Virus record (IMG/VR): IMGVR_UViG_3300025897_000012
Span: 15,755-79,754 of that record
Length of the DNA stretch: 64,000 bases
Direction: 5' to 3' (one strand)
Source: a virus
In this document: in pieces, positions 19,789 to 30,045 of the stretch
How the letters are laid out: each line of letters starts with the position of its first letter
How positions within the stretch are numbered: the stretch's first letter is position 1
Position numbers and translations under genes: made by a program
Notes under the pieces: model-generated
Seen by the model: the letters and a program-made list of their open reading frames with translations, nothing else
Told to the model about the DNA's origin: nothing
Databases searched by the model: none

Positions 19789-20621
19789 TACAATAACTCC
19801 AATCTATCAACTATTCTATCAGTTAAAAATTCTGGCTCTACGTAATGTAATATATTACGTTGTAAAAAATTACCAATTAACATAGTTTTATCATTAGTTA
19901 AGTATCCGCCTAATACTGTAGTCCATTTTTCTGGCACTTCATGCCAATTTTGACAATGAGGTTTCATATGGGTAAATGTTATAAAAGAATTAGAATCAGT
20001 TATTTCAAGAGTATTATTTAATATTTTACTTACAATACTACAACTTAAATCCATACTACACCATTTTTGATAATAGTTACTTGCAAACTTTCCGTAAAAT
20101 AATTCCCAATTTATCATAACTATTTCTAAAAGTTTAAAAAATTCATGTGCAACATCTCCTTTTTTAAAATAATAAAATGCACTATATAAATTAGGCAAAT
20201 TATTTTCATTAAAGGTTTTTCTATAGTACACTGAATCTACAATTTCATTTCGATAATTCTTTACATTACTTACAAAAAATAAATCTCTCTTTTTAAGTTC
20301 TGTCCACCAATGTGTAATATCATGTAACACTAACATATCTACATCCATAACAATGGTATGATCATATGGAGATGCATGATATACTTTCCATCTATTTTCA
20401 ATTTTCCAGTCTGTTTCTTGTGCTTGGTCAGTCCACGGTATTTTTATAATTTTATCAAATACTGGTCTATACTTCGTAGGAACTTCATCGTTAGTAACCA
20501 AAGATACATTTTGATCTTTATTAAACTTATGTATACTTACTGCAAGAGCATATGCTTGCTTAATATAATCTACAGTAGCATTATTCTGTGCTAGTAAACA
20601 AAAACCTTCACTCATTTGCAA
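19788..20621 (-). CDS. Glycosyltransferase, GT-A (GT8/nucleotide-diphospho-sugar transferase-like)
   Basis: AYALAVSI, SPYDHTIVMDVD (DxD), FTHMK, LHY. Confidence 0.72.
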   Translation of the reverse strand: MQMSEGFCLLAQNNATVDYIKQAYALAVSIHKFNKDQNVSLVTNDEVPTKYRPVFDKIIKIPWTDQAQETDWKIENRWKVYHASPYDHTIVMDVDMLVLHDITHWWTELKKRDLFFVSNVKNYRNEIVDSVYYRKTFNENNLPNLYSAFYYFKKGDVAHEFFKLLEIVMINWELFYGKFASNYYQKWCSMDLSCSIVSKILNNTLEITDSNSFITFTHMKPHCQNWHEVPEKWTTVLGGYLTNDKTMLIGNFLQRNILHYVEPEFLTDRIVDRLELL

Positions 20622-21477
20622 ACTCTTTATCGCTATCTATTGCTCTACTTAAACTAAATTTATTCATTACATGTACGTTTGAGTCTTCTACTGTTACTCC
20701 TACATAATAACCACCGCTACTAGTATAGTCGCAAATAAAAGATAATTTATCACCATCTACAGAATGTAACATATCTGCATCAGATGCCATATACATATTA
20801 CCTGGCATTTTTATAGGCCAATTTGGGTTAAGTTGAAATCCTCGTAAAATATGTATTGCTATACTAAACGAAAAGTCGTTTCTATAAGTGCTATGTGGAA
20901 TTTGATATATTAGTCTATAATATGGCCAGTTGTCTTTTATGTGTTGTATTAATTCAAAATACATTTTCATAAACGGTGTCTTCTTAAAGTAAAAACCTGT
21001 AGCCCACCACATATCAATTGAACGGTCGCTTATCCTATCAAATTTTTGTATCTTTCTTAATGTACTAGCAATATCTGTTGGATTTCTGTATATTAAAAAG
21101 TCTTGATTTAATTTAAAACAGTTTAATAAACTATCATTGCCAATAATATAGTCTGCATCTAATACTATAGTTTCATCAAATGGTGTTAGGTTATAACAGT
21201 CTGGACGACTGTGATTTTTCCACGGTAGTTTTCTTATAGAATATACTCCATCTAAGAATCTTTTTGTTTGAGGTGTAAAAACTTCAGGAATATCTATTAT
21301 TTGGTCTATATATTTTTCAAAGAAAGGAAATCGTTTTGTAAGATAATTACGATTGTCAGTTACTACTGCAACTGGTAATTTTAAATGATTTTTAATTTTC
21401 TTTGCACAAAATATTGCTTGTTTGATATAATCAACATCTTTATTATTAAGTGCAAAGAGCAATACTCCTTGCGTCAT
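20608..21477 (-). CDS. Glycosyltransferase, GT-A (GT8-like), paralog of the adjacent gene
   Basis: TPFDETIVLDAD, YRNDFSFSIA, HVMNK. Confidence 0.72.
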   Translation of the reverse strand: MTQGVLLFALNNKDVDYIKQAIFCAKKIKNHLKLPVAVVTDNRNYLTKRFPFFEKYIDQIIDIPEVFTPQTKRFLDGVYSIRKLPWKNHSRPDCYNLTPFDETIVLDADYIIGNDSLLNCFKLNQDFLIYRNPTDIASTLRKIQKFDRISDRSIDMWWATGFYFKKTPFMKMYFELIQHIKDNWPYYRLIYQIPHSTYRNDFSFSIAIHILRGFQLNPNWPIKMPGNMYMASDADMLHSVDGDKLSFICDYTSSGGYYVGVTVEDSNVHVMNKFSLSRAIDSDKEFANE

Positions 21478-21821
21478 ATGTTAAGAATACCTTCTACTGA
21501 TCTATTTTTTTTAATTTCGTTAAATTTTTGTAAATATTCATTCATGTTTTTTGAATATATACTAAGTATTTCATCTAAAAAATCTTCTAGTTCTTTAACT
21601 TCAATTGGTGTATTATTATCATCTAATAGAATTGCATCTTTTTGGCCGTTTTGAATTAGTGTATGACAAAAATTAATAATATCTCTATTAACATTAAACT
21701 TACCACCGTTTACATAATGTACACAATTTTCTAAAAACTTTTCGTGAATAAGATTACGTTGATTGTTTAACGTAATCATAAGATTGGAAAAATCTAATGC
21801 TTTTTCTAGTCTATCATCCAT
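21474..21821 (-). CDS. Hypothetical protein, first gene of the GT/radical-SAM operon
   Basis: 115-aa ORF with AGGAG RBS. Confidence 0.75.
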   Translation of the reverse strand: MDDRLEKALDFSNLMITLNNQRNLIHEKFLENCVHYVNGGKFNVNRDIINFCHTLIQNGQKDAILLDDNNTPIEVKELEDFLDEILSIYSKNMNEYLQKFNEIKKNRSVEGILNI

Positions 21822-21846
21822 AGAGTACTCCTTTAATAATACTACT

Positions 21847-21875
21847 AGTATATACTAAAAAAAGCGATTTGTCAA
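21847..21875 (-). promoter_or_regulatory. sigma70-type promoter (TTGACA-17-TATACT)
   Basis: TTGACA at 21875-21870, TATACT at 21852-21847, upstream of the 21821 start. Confidence 0.75.
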
Positions 21876-21888
21876 TGGAATATGTGGC

Positions 21889-22905
21889 TTATGCTATGCC
21901 AGAACCAACAAATGCATATGTTGGAGTAACTATAGAAATTGGTCCATTGCAACGGACTTGTGACATAGTAAGATCAATATCTAGATTTACAGTTTCGTCA
22001 GTAAATGGATCACCTGAGTCAGCATCTGTCCAACTAAATTTAAAAGTAATAACACCACTATTGTTGTGTTTGGCTTCTACTTTAATACTATTTTCTGCAT
22101 ATAAAGAATCTGATCCAAATTTTACTGCAATCTGTTGGTAACTAGTAGTCAAATCTTCCGATCCAAATCCTGCACCAACTGTAGCTGTACCTGTTGTAGT
22201 AGTAGCACTATTTTTAAATGTAATAGTGCCAAAATTAGATAGCATTGTTGCCCAATCTGCATCTTTAGTTCCTGAGCCGTTAGTTCCTGCTGTTGAAAAT
22301 CTTATTTCTCCACCAGTATTAAAAAAGTGTCGTCTATGATCATCACCTGTTGCTGTTACATTTGCGCCGGCATTATTTTTACAAACTGCTCCTCCTGCAA
22401 AAGATACATTTACCTCAGCAGTTAAAGATTGCCAACCGCCAGTATAAGATGCTCCGCCTGTTGCTGGAGTAATTTTAGATTCTAGCACTAAATGGCTAGC
22501 AAACACTTGTTCTGGATCTGCTTCAATAGCAGCAAATAGTCCACTAAAATCATTAACACCCTTATTAACATCAGGATTAACAATAGTAAAGGCATCACTA
22601 GCATCACGTAATACAGTACTACCTGTGCCTACATTTGATTCATCTGCACCAATTATGTTTCCAGTAATTATTTCGCCAACACTAGTTGATGTATTTAACT
22701 GGTGTGCATGGATTAAATTAAGATCTGTGCGTAATCCTGCCCATTGTGCGGCTGTAATATCAGTTGTTCCTACTATTGCTTGTCCAGTATTAGCCATAGC
22801 AACACCATATCCGCTTCTGCCGGAGCCAATACCTAGTATGGCATTAACACGAGAAACATAATCATTATATTCTGTTGCTTCAACATTTCCGCCTACTGAA
22901 ACCAT
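21889..22905 (-). CDS. Virion structural protein (tail-fibre/baseplate associated)
   Basis: G/A/T/S-rich; SGYG and RRHFFNTGGEIRF; paralog of the next gene; late promoter upstream. Confidence 0.7.
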   Translation of the reverse strand: MVSVGGNVEATEYNDYVSRVNAILGIGSGRSGYGVAMANTGQAIVGTTDITAAQWAGLRTDLNLIHAHQLNTSTSVGEIITGNIIGADESNVGTGSTVLRDASDAFTIVNPDVNKGVNDFSGLFAAIEADPEQVFASHLVLESKITPATGGASYTGGWQSLTAEVNVSFAGGAVCKNNAGANVTATGDDHRRHFFNTGGEIRFSTAGTNGSGTKDADWATMLSNFGTITFKNSATTTTGTATVGAGFGSEDLTTSYQQIAVKFGSDSLYAENSIKVEAKHNNSGVITFKFSWTDADSGDPFTDETVNLDIDLTMSQVRCNGPISIVTPTYAFVGSGIA

Positions 22906-22939
22906 TAACTAGTAACCTCCATTATATTACGTTATAATG

Positions 22940-22946
22940 TATTTAT
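22940..22946 (-). promoter_or_regulatory. Late promoter ATAAATA
   Basis: T4-late-like TAAATA box recurring upstream of structural genes. Confidence 0.65.
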
Positions 22947-22971
22947 CGAATACATCATAGGCAACAAATTT

Positions 22972-23871
22972 TTACAGTTCAGAAGTGTTATTATAAATTG
23001 GGGATGGAATTGACACATATGTTCCTGAAGGACGTCTATGTGTAATAGAACTTAAAATATCGCCCGATACGTTAGGATCGCCGCCACCATCAGCATTATC
23101 TTGAAATTGTATTTCAAACTCTATAATATTATCTGCTAGTGTTTTTGCGTTTACTGTATACATATTGTTAGCGTAATCGTATGCTGTTCCTAACTTATGG
23201 AATATTCTTTGTGAGGAAGATGTAAGTTCAAAATTGCCAATTGCTGTTGGAACGCCTGATCCACTTTGTGTAGTTGCATGAGACGCTATTGATATTGTTC
23301 CCATTGCTGCTAACATAGCAGCCCAATCTGAATCTTTGGCTCCTGAACCATTTGATAAATTAGCTTGGAATCTAATTTGTCCGCCAGCATTAAAAAAATG
23401 CCGCCTTGCTTCAAAATTTGTAAATGTTACTGTAAATTTATGAATGATTGTACCGTTCCATTCTGATACTCTAGTACTAGATAAAACTGCTTCAACTGAA
23501 GCTTGTGTATCATCACATAATTGTTTATCACCTTCAATATCGTTAACCAACGCTAAGTAATCATTGATGCCTTTTGCTGTATCTGCAGCTCCGTCTTTAT
23601 CTATAGACTCTGATGCACCAATTCTGTCTGTTGAAGCAATAGTTGATAAAGTAGTTAAACTACCGGTTTGATGAGCTCTGCACTTATCAATATCTGATTT
23701 TAAATTTGTGAGGTGTAATGCTGTTATAACTGTATTTGCTGCAACAATTGAACTGCTTAACGTTTGACCGTATCCTGTATCACTAAAGCCTTGGCCTAAT
23801 ACAGTTTCAATTCTACTTTGCAATCCATTAAATGTTGCGGCTGTGATTACTTCTTGGGCGTTAACTGTCAT
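22972..23871 (-). CDS. Virion structural protein (paralog of 21889..22905)
   Basis: TGYGQ, RRHFFNAGGQIRF, KDSDWAAML. Confidence 0.7.
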   Translation of the reverse strand: MTVNAQEVITAATFNGLQSRIETVLGQGFSDTGYGQTLSSSIVAANTVITALHLTNLKSDIDKCRAHQTGSLTTLSTIASTDRIGASESIDKDGAADTAKGINDYLALVNDIEGDKQLCDDTQASVEAVLSSTRVSEWNGTIIHKFTVTFTNFEARRHFFNAGGQIRFQANLSNGSGAKDSDWAAMLAAMGTISIASHATTQSGSGVPTAIGNFELTSSSQRIFHKLGTAYDYANNMYTVNAKTLADNIIEFEIQFQDNADGGGDPNVSGDILSSITHRRPSGTYVSIPSPIYNNTSEL

Positions 23872-23889
23872 AACAAGCTAATCCTATTT

Positions 23890-25416
23890 TTAAACTTTCA
23901 ATACACATTCAACCAGCTTCTCACTTTCGTTATCATTAGACTCTAATGCAATTCCTACAATACTTCGTCCTTCTGAATTAGCTGATTGACATACACCGTT
24001 TTCTCCTACATAAACAGGATCGCCTTTTACTACTGAACCTATAACACGTACTGGAACTCTTCCTTTTAATCCAACAATTTGACCTTCACTATCAGCGTTC
24101 ATAAGATATGCAGGCGAATCTGAAATTACACCAATACTTATATCTACATCTGATGCTGGGTCAACTTCATGACTTGGATGTCTACAAATAGCCATTGCTG
24201 TTCCTACTGGATGTTCTTCAGCAGTAGTGTATTTTTCCGCTAAATCAGCATATTGTGCTTGTGTTGAAATACCAACAAAATAATTTGCTTTAAGTGAACC
24301 AGCTGGAATAGTTTGTGCATTAATAACTTCTGATGCAGCTGTTCTTGTTGCAACTGTACCATTAGCAATAGTCTCTGAACCTGCTCTATTAGTTCCATCT
24401 ACAACTAAGTTTGTAGCTTTTTCTGCTAATCCTGTAAAGTTACTTGCATAAACATTACTAAACTGATGATCAACATTACCTAAAGTAACAGTTTCAGTTG
24501 AAACTCCATCACTAGCTAATCCTGGAATTACTGAGTTTGCTTGAATTTTTAAAGTATTTTTAATAGAACCTAACGTGTCTTTTGCTCGGATAGTAATTAA
24601 ACTACCTATTTCATTAGCAATAACTGCTTCGTTCCCGTTTTCAATTTTGATTCTAAAATCATTTGAGTCACCAACTGCAATACCAACATCTGCAAATTCT
24701 GCTAACTGTGTAAAGTTTGCATCACCAACTTGAATATATCCAGAAGCATCAACACCACCTAGTTTATCTGCATTAGATGCTGTTCCCCAATATCTAAAGT
24801 TTGTAGAAGTAACACCGCCTGTTGCATTAACAGTATTCTTAAGTGTCATACCTTGTTTAACAACATCAAACCCTGCTAAAGCATTTGTAGCATCTGTACT
24901 ATCAATCGTAAATGCTTGATTAGATACAATCATTACAACTTCATCGTTAATAATAGCTTTTATTATTGAACGTGAAGCACCTGTATTATCGTTAATTGTA
25001 TCACTCTTCCATTGTGTTAAAAGAGAGCCTGCATCTTGTGGACCAACTAGTACAAAACTTGAACTGTTAAAAGCATAAAGCTGCTCGTTTACAGTATCCC
25101 ACCAAAAGTCACCTTCTGTTAAGCCTGCTGGTTGTGTAGCACTTACTTCTGCTCCACCTGTTGTACGGAACTTAGTTCCATCATAAAATTTTAATTTCTT
25201 CGTTGAACTATCAAACCAAATTTGCCCTGAAATTGCTTTAGGAGGTGCTGATGTTCCTGAAAAGTTTTCTAAAAGAAATACAAAGTTTTCGTTTTGTATT
25301 TCTCCGTATCCGGCATAATTTTTACCAACTAACTTTAAGTCGGTAGTTTGGTCAATGGTTCCATCTTCGACAACTGTAAGTTGAGAATTATTATATCTGT
25401 CAATTGTGTATGCCAT
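23890..25416 (-). CDS. Tail fibre/baseplate protein with C-terminal YADLAE (peptidase G2/IMC-like chaperone) domain
   Basis: N-terminal LVGKNYAGYGE…LLENF…GQIWFD module; C-terminal QYADLAEKY…GRVPVRV…IVGIALE. Confidence 0.75.
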   Translation of the reverse strand: MAYTIDRYNNSQLTVVEDGTIDQTTDLKLVGKNYAGYGEIQNENFVFLLENFSGTSAPPKAISGQIWFDSSTKKLKFYDGTKFRTTGGAEVSATQPAGLTEGDFWWDTVNEQLYAFNSSSFVLVGPQDAGSLLTQWKSDTINDNTGASRSIIKAIINDEVVMIVSNQAFTIDSTDATNALAGFDVVKQGMTLKNTVNATGGVTSTNFRYWGTASNADKLGGVDASGYIQVGDANFTQLAEFADVGIAVGDSNDFRIKIENGNEAVIANEIGSLITIRAKDTLGSIKNTLKIQANSVIPGLASDGVSTETVTLGNVDHQFSNVYASNFTGLAEKATNLVVDGTNRAGSETIANGTVATRTAASEVINAQTIPAGSLKANYFVGISTQAQYADLAEKYTTAEEHPVGTAMAICRHPSHEVDPASDVDISIGVISDSPAYLMNADSEGQIVGLKGRVPVRVIGSVVKGDPVYVGENGVCQSANSEGRSIVGIALESNDNESEKLVECVLKV

Positions 25417-25450
25417 GTTTATCTAACCCCTATATGCATTATATTAATAG

Positions 25451-25457
25451 TATTTAT
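25451..25457 (-). promoter_or_regulatory. Late promoter ATAAATA
   Basis: In the intergenic gap upstream of 25416. Confidence 0.65.
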
Positions 25458-25462
25458 CAGCA

Positions 25463-27376
25463 TTACGGATAATTACTCGTGCTACCGTGTGACCAAGAAG
25501 TTCCATTACTAGTAAAAGTCATAGTATATCTTGTTGGTGTAATTGTTGCTGAACCTGACACTCCAGCGGCATCTACTGCAAGATCCTGCATTACTGATGT
25601 GGAAGATGATACATTGTCTTTATCTACTGCTATATAGGACTTATTTAAAGCCCCTGCAAGCAATCCTTGGCTAATATTAATACTTGCACCTGCATAGTTT
25701 GTGCAATGTACAGTAGCTATTGCTCCATTTTTTGTATTTGCAGGATATAAAGTTTGTAAAACTGCAATTACATCAGCTGTTGGTCCATTACCTGTACCTG
25801 CTGAGTTTGGATTTGAAAATCCAGTAATATCTAGTGAAAATCCAACATTTTCTGCATCAATAGTTATATCAACATAATTTTTTGTTGCAACACCTTGTGG
25901 ATCTGTTGGATCAGTTACTCCAGTAATCTTTTGTGTATTTACTGCTATGTCGCCTGATGATACAATATTAAGGCCACCGCCAGTAATAGTAATAGTTGAT
26001 CCGTCAAACCCTAAATTATCAATATTTAGACTTCCTAAAGTACCAATATTAACTAATCCTGTTGCTGTTGTTACTGTTGATGCTAGTTCTGTCTTACTTA
26101 AAACTGTTATGCCATCAATTTTAAAAGAAGGATCAGGATTAATTTCATTTGTAATTAAATCAATATTTTGATTAAAAGTCCAACTATTTGTTGCATCAAA
26201 CCATATAATATCTTTACTGCCTTGTGACGAAGATAAAGTTATACCTCCTCCGTCGATAGCAGCATCGTTACCTTCTGTACTATCACCTTGCAATCCTAAT
26301 TGTATATTTTTATCTTCTACTCGTAAAGTTGTAGTATCTAAATATGTTGTATCACCCGATACAAGTAAGTTTCCACCTACTGTTACGTTTCCAGAAAATT
26401 TTCCTGCTCCAGTAACGTCTAATTCAACTGTTGGATTATCAGTAAATACACCAACTCTTTCGTTAGTTGCATCAACAACTATACCTGAAATATATGCGTT
26501 ACCTTTTCTTACTTTTAAATTAATATCTGTGTCAGCTTGTTGTGCTTCTATTTCTAATTGGTTAGTACCTGAATTAACTTTTAAAATTCCATATTCAATA
26601 TCACCAACACCAACTGCTAATCCTGCTTGGTTCTTAATTGAAAGTTTACCAGTAGTTTGAGTTGCACCTACTGCACTCATAAAACTAGTTGTGTTAAATT
26701 TAGTACCACCTGCATCAATTAAGTTTTCTGCTGATTCTGCAATTCCTAAATACTTAAAGTCTGTAGCAATAGGATTAAATCCTTTTTTGTATAATTGTCT
26801 TTTAGGTGTTTGTGTATCATTAACATCTTGTGGATAACCTGGAATGCCGTTTACAAGTTCAACATAAAATTGACTGTCTGCAAATACGCCTACTAATTGA
26901 CCGCCTATAAATAATTTTAATGCTGTGCGTGTTACGTTTACTGAGTCAATAACTGATTGTACTTCAAAACCTGTTTTTTGTTGTCCTGCTTGATACGGTG
27001 GTCCAGCTAATACTAAATCTGTTCCGTCAAAAAAGTATAACTGATTATTTTTACTATCTATCCAGAGATCGCCTGCAACCATTGTAGGTTGTGTTGTAGA
27101 AACAATAGGCCCGCCTGCTGATTTAAAAGCAGTACCGTTATAAATTTTTAAACGTTGTTCGGTTGAATCAAACCAAAGTTGTCCTGTAATTGGTGTACTA
27201 GGAGCTGTTGTATTTGAAAAGTTTTCTAAAAGTTTTACAAAGTTTTCATTAACAGCTTCACCAAATCCTGTATAGTTTCTACCTACAAGTGTTAGACTTG
27301 ACGATGTTACATCAATTTGACCATCTACTAAATCTACTAGTAAGTCACCGTTAGCTTTATTAATTCTATAACTCAT
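25463..27376 (-). CDS. Tail fibre protein
   Basis: Same N-terminal module; RVGVFTDNP..ELDV and ITGVTDP…ATKNYVD fibre motifs. Confidence 0.8.
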   Translation of the reverse strand: MSYRINKANGDLLVDLVDGQIDVTSSSLTLVGRNYTGFGEAVNENFVKLLENFSNTTAPSTPITGQLWFDSTEQRLKIYNGTAFKSAGGPIVSTTQPTMVAGDLWIDSKNNQLYFFDGTDLVLAGPPYQAGQQKTGFEVQSVIDSVNVTRTALKLFIGGQLVGVFADSQFYVELVNGIPGYPQDVNDTQTPKRQLYKKGFNPIATDFKYLGIAESAENLIDAGGTKFNTTSFMSAVGATQTTGKLSIKNQAGLAVGVGDIEYGILKVNSGTNQLEIEAQQADTDINLKVRKGNAYISGIVVDATNERVGVFTDNPTVELDVTGAGKFSGNVTVGGNLLVSGDTTYLDTTTLRVEDKNIQLGLQGDSTEGNDAAIDGGGITLSSSQGSKDIIWFDATNSWTFNQNIDLITNEINPDPSFKIDGITVLSKTELASTVTTATGLVNIGTLGSLNIDNLGFDGSTITITGGGLNIVSSGDIAVNTQKITGVTDPTDPQGVATKNYVDITIDAENVGFSLDITGFSNPNSAGTGNGPTADVIAVLQTLYPANTKNGAIATVHCTNYAGASINISQGLLAGALNKSYIAVDKDNVSSSTSVMQDLAVDAAGVSGSATITPTRYTMTFTSNGTSWSHGSTSNYP

Positions 27377-29400
27377 TACGTACTCCTACCAGTGTATATG
27401 ATATAGTTAATTATCAAATGTGGATTCATTAAATTCAAAGGTTGTCCAACAGCAGAATCAGATTCAATTCCGCCACTGTTTGGTAGATACTGTCCACCAT
27501 TTGTTGCTGTAGGTCCGTCACCTCTAAATGCTCCTGTATCCGTTGTTGGAGCAGCTAAATCGTTAATAGCATAAAACTGTGTTAATGCATCGCCTTTTAA
27601 ATCGTGTTTGTGATCTGGTAAGTTAGTAACAGCAATATCTGTTTTTTCTTGTCCGTCTTGTGAACCTATAATATCTGCTGATTCATCTGTAATAACATTA
27701 GCACTAGTTCCGCCCATATTATCTTTACCAACAGTAGTTCTACCTCTTAAATCAGGAACTTTAAAAAACCCTGTTGTTACTGATGCTTCAGCACCAAAGT
27801 TATATCCAATTGCTGTAAACAAAGCAGTATAATCAGAAATTCTATATTCTGAACCATCACATAATAACCAATCTTGTGGTGATGCTGTGCCGCCGTAAGC
27901 CATCATTACTCCTGCAGGGTTAGTTGCTACAGAGGAAAATAAATTTGCTCTTGAAATTTTAGCTAAGCCAGTTGCACCTGTTACTCTGTTTAGTAAAAAT
28001 TCATCATCAGCTTGTGATGCTACTGTTGCACTTTTACCACCAATAATTGTATTACTAATTGTAGCATTAAATATCTTAGTTGATCCGCCAGTTTGTCCGT
28101 CAAATGTAAATGCTGGTGCAGTAACGTCTCCTGACAGTTGAAAATTAGTTGCAGTAGTTAACTTATCTGCAGATCCTGCTCTACCTGATACTGTACCACT
28201 TACATTTCCTACAAGGTTTCCAGTAAATGCTGTTGAATAAATATTCTTCCATTTAACAGCAGCAGTTCCTAAATTATACGTATTATGAGCAGTTGGCATT
28301 AAATCGCTTAGTGTTGACGTTCCTGCAACGTTTAAAGTACCACCTGTGTAAACATTCTTAGCAACTCCAAGTCCACCTTTTGTTACTATAGAACCTGTAC
28401 CTATAGTTTCACTTTGTGTAGTTGAGTCTATAGCCGCTGTTCCACTAGCTTTTATGTTGCCTGTAATATCTAAAGCTTCATCTGGAGCAGTATTATTAAT
28501 ACCAACTCTTAAATTAGAATCAACTCTTAAAACTGTTGTTAATATGCCATTATTTTTTACACGAACATCAATATTAGAACCTTCAATTTGATGTTGTATA
28601 ACTCCAGCTGATCCTTCAATACCAATATTTAATTCAGCATTAACACCGTAATTGATTCCTGTGTTGTTTTGAACATTAATAGGATAGTTTGTTGTACTAG
28701 TAACATCTGATCTTAAAAAGTTTGCTGCAGGAATAGCTGACCCTGCAACTATTAAACTTTCTGATTTTTCACTAGTTCCTCTGTATTTTAAGAATCCAGC
28801 GCCAGTAATATCAACGCTACTTAAATTAACTCCTGGTGATATTGTTGAAAATCCAGGAATAGCTGTCTTTGGTGTAAATGCGTGTGTTGAAATTATTGCA
28901 GCTGGCTTTGATAAAACATCAAGTTGTATAACTGTATAAGATACGTTATCGGTACCAACAATAGTTGCTGGGGTTACTCCGGTTGATAAACCATCACTAA
29001 ATTCTGGACCAATTAAGATCCAGCCAGATCCTGAAAACAAATATAGTTGCTGATTATCTGTATCTACCCAAAGATCACCTAACTGTGAAGTTGATACGTC
29101 AGGAGCAGAAACTGCTTTTTTAATACCTGCCGCTGATACCCAATTAGTTCCGTCAAATACTTTTAGTGTTTCTGCACCTCCTGTATTGTCGTACCATAGT
29201 TGTCCTTCTATACCATTACTTGGCGCTGTATTAAAAGCAAAGTTTTCTAATAGATGTAAAAAGTTTGTTGCAATAGCAGACCCATATGCTGTAGTATTTC
29301 TACCCGGAATCTGTAACGTTGTACTAGTATTTAAAGAATTATCTTCTACTACTATAGTACCTTTATTTGCAGCGTCTGTATATGATATAGTATAAGCCAT
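27376..29400 (-). CDS. Tail fibre protein with phage tail collar domain
   Basis: Same N-terminal module; PAGVMMAYGG…WLLCDG…LFTAIG…VPDLRGR collar; LPDHKH tip motif. Confidence 0.88.
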   Translation of the reverse strand: MAYTISYTDAANKGTIVVEDNSLNTSTTLQIPGRNTTAYGSAIATNFLHLLENFAFNTAPSNGIEGQLWYDNTGGAETLKVFDGTNWVSAAGIKKAVSAPDVSTSQLGDLWVDTDNQQLYLFSGSGWILIGPEFSDGLSTGVTPATIVGTDNVSYTVIQLDVLSKPAAIISTHAFTPKTAIPGFSTISPGVNLSSVDITGAGFLKYRGTSEKSESLIVAGSAIPAANFLRSDVTSTTNYPINVQNNTGINYGVNAELNIGIEGSAGVIQHQIEGSNIDVRVKNNGILTTVLRVDSNLRVGINNTAPDEALDITGNIKASGTAAIDSTTQSETIGTGSIVTKGGLGVAKNVYTGGTLNVAGTSTLSDLMPTAHNTYNLGTAAVKWKNIYSTAFTGNLVGNVSGTVSGRAGSADKLTTATNFQLSGDVTAPAFTFDGQTGGSTKIFNATISNTIIGGKSATVASQADDEFLLNRVTGATGLAKISRANLFSSVATNPAGVMMAYGGTASPQDWLLCDGSEYRISDYTALFTAIGYNFGAEASVTTGFFKVPDLRGRTTVGKDNMGGTSANVITDESADIIGSQDGQEKTDIAVTNLPDHKHDLKGDALTQFYAINDLAAPTTDTGAFRGDGPTATNGGQYLPNSGGIESDSAVGQPLNLMNPHLIINYIIYTGRST

Positions 29401-29404
29401 CTAT

Positions 29405-30019
29405 TTACGCCTCATTAAACCCAGTTAAACTTTGAATTCTAACTGTATAATCTATTTGTATAAGTCTGTTAAGTGATTTTTGTACTGGATGAAAAATAAC
29501 ATGAGTAAGTAATCTTCCAGTTCCGTCTGCGGAATAGGCTTTTAATCCTAATTCATCAAAAACATATAAACTTGAACCATCTGTAGCAGTATCGTAAGCA
29601 TCTTGCCCACTAGGTTCGCTATAATCAAGTAAACATGTAACTAATACATCTGTATAGTTTGTGCCACTTACATGTCTTGTTTCTATTTTATTTCTTACAG
29701 GATCTAAATTGTTTACACTTCTATCATCAACTACTTTTGTATGAGTTTGATTGTATAAACTTGCATTTGTTCCTGTTGAATTTGGTGTTAAGTAAGTAAT
29801 AATACCTGTTGGGTCAACGCTAGTGCCACCGTTACCAAAACTCATTTCATAAATCCAACCTGCGCCACCGTTACCAATACTTTCTGCAAGGCTTAAACTC
29901 ATGTTTTCATAATGAATTGCATTACGCTTATCAACAAACGTATGATTTGATTCTGGATCGTGGATCTTGATATGTCCTTGTATCAAAACTCCGCTCATAT
30001 CATTTAATTTGTCTGTCAT
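29405..30019 (-). CDS. Baseplate/tail-fibre attachment protein (putative)
   Basis: FDELGL…LLTHVIFHPVQKSLNR; start moved to ATG 30019 (AGGA RBS, downstream of the late promoter at 30039-30045). Confidence 0.6.
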   Translation of the reverse strand: MTDKLNDMSGVLIQGHIKIHDPESNHTFVDKRNAIHYENMSLSLAESIGNGGAGWIYEMSFGNGGTSVDPTGIITYLTPNSTGTNASLYNQTHTKVVDDRSVNNLDPVRNKIETRHVSGTNYTDVLVTCLLDYSEPSGQDAYDTATDGSSLYVFDELGLKAYSADGTGRLLTHVIFHPVQKSLNRLIQIDYTVRIQSLTGFNEA

Positions 30020-30038
30020 ATTTTTTTTCCTGTCATTG

Positions 30039-30045
30039 TATTTAT
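30039..30045 (-). promoter_or_regulatory. Late promoter ATAAATA overlapping the stop of the giant gene
   Basis: CGATAAATAC on the minus strand. Confidence 0.6.
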
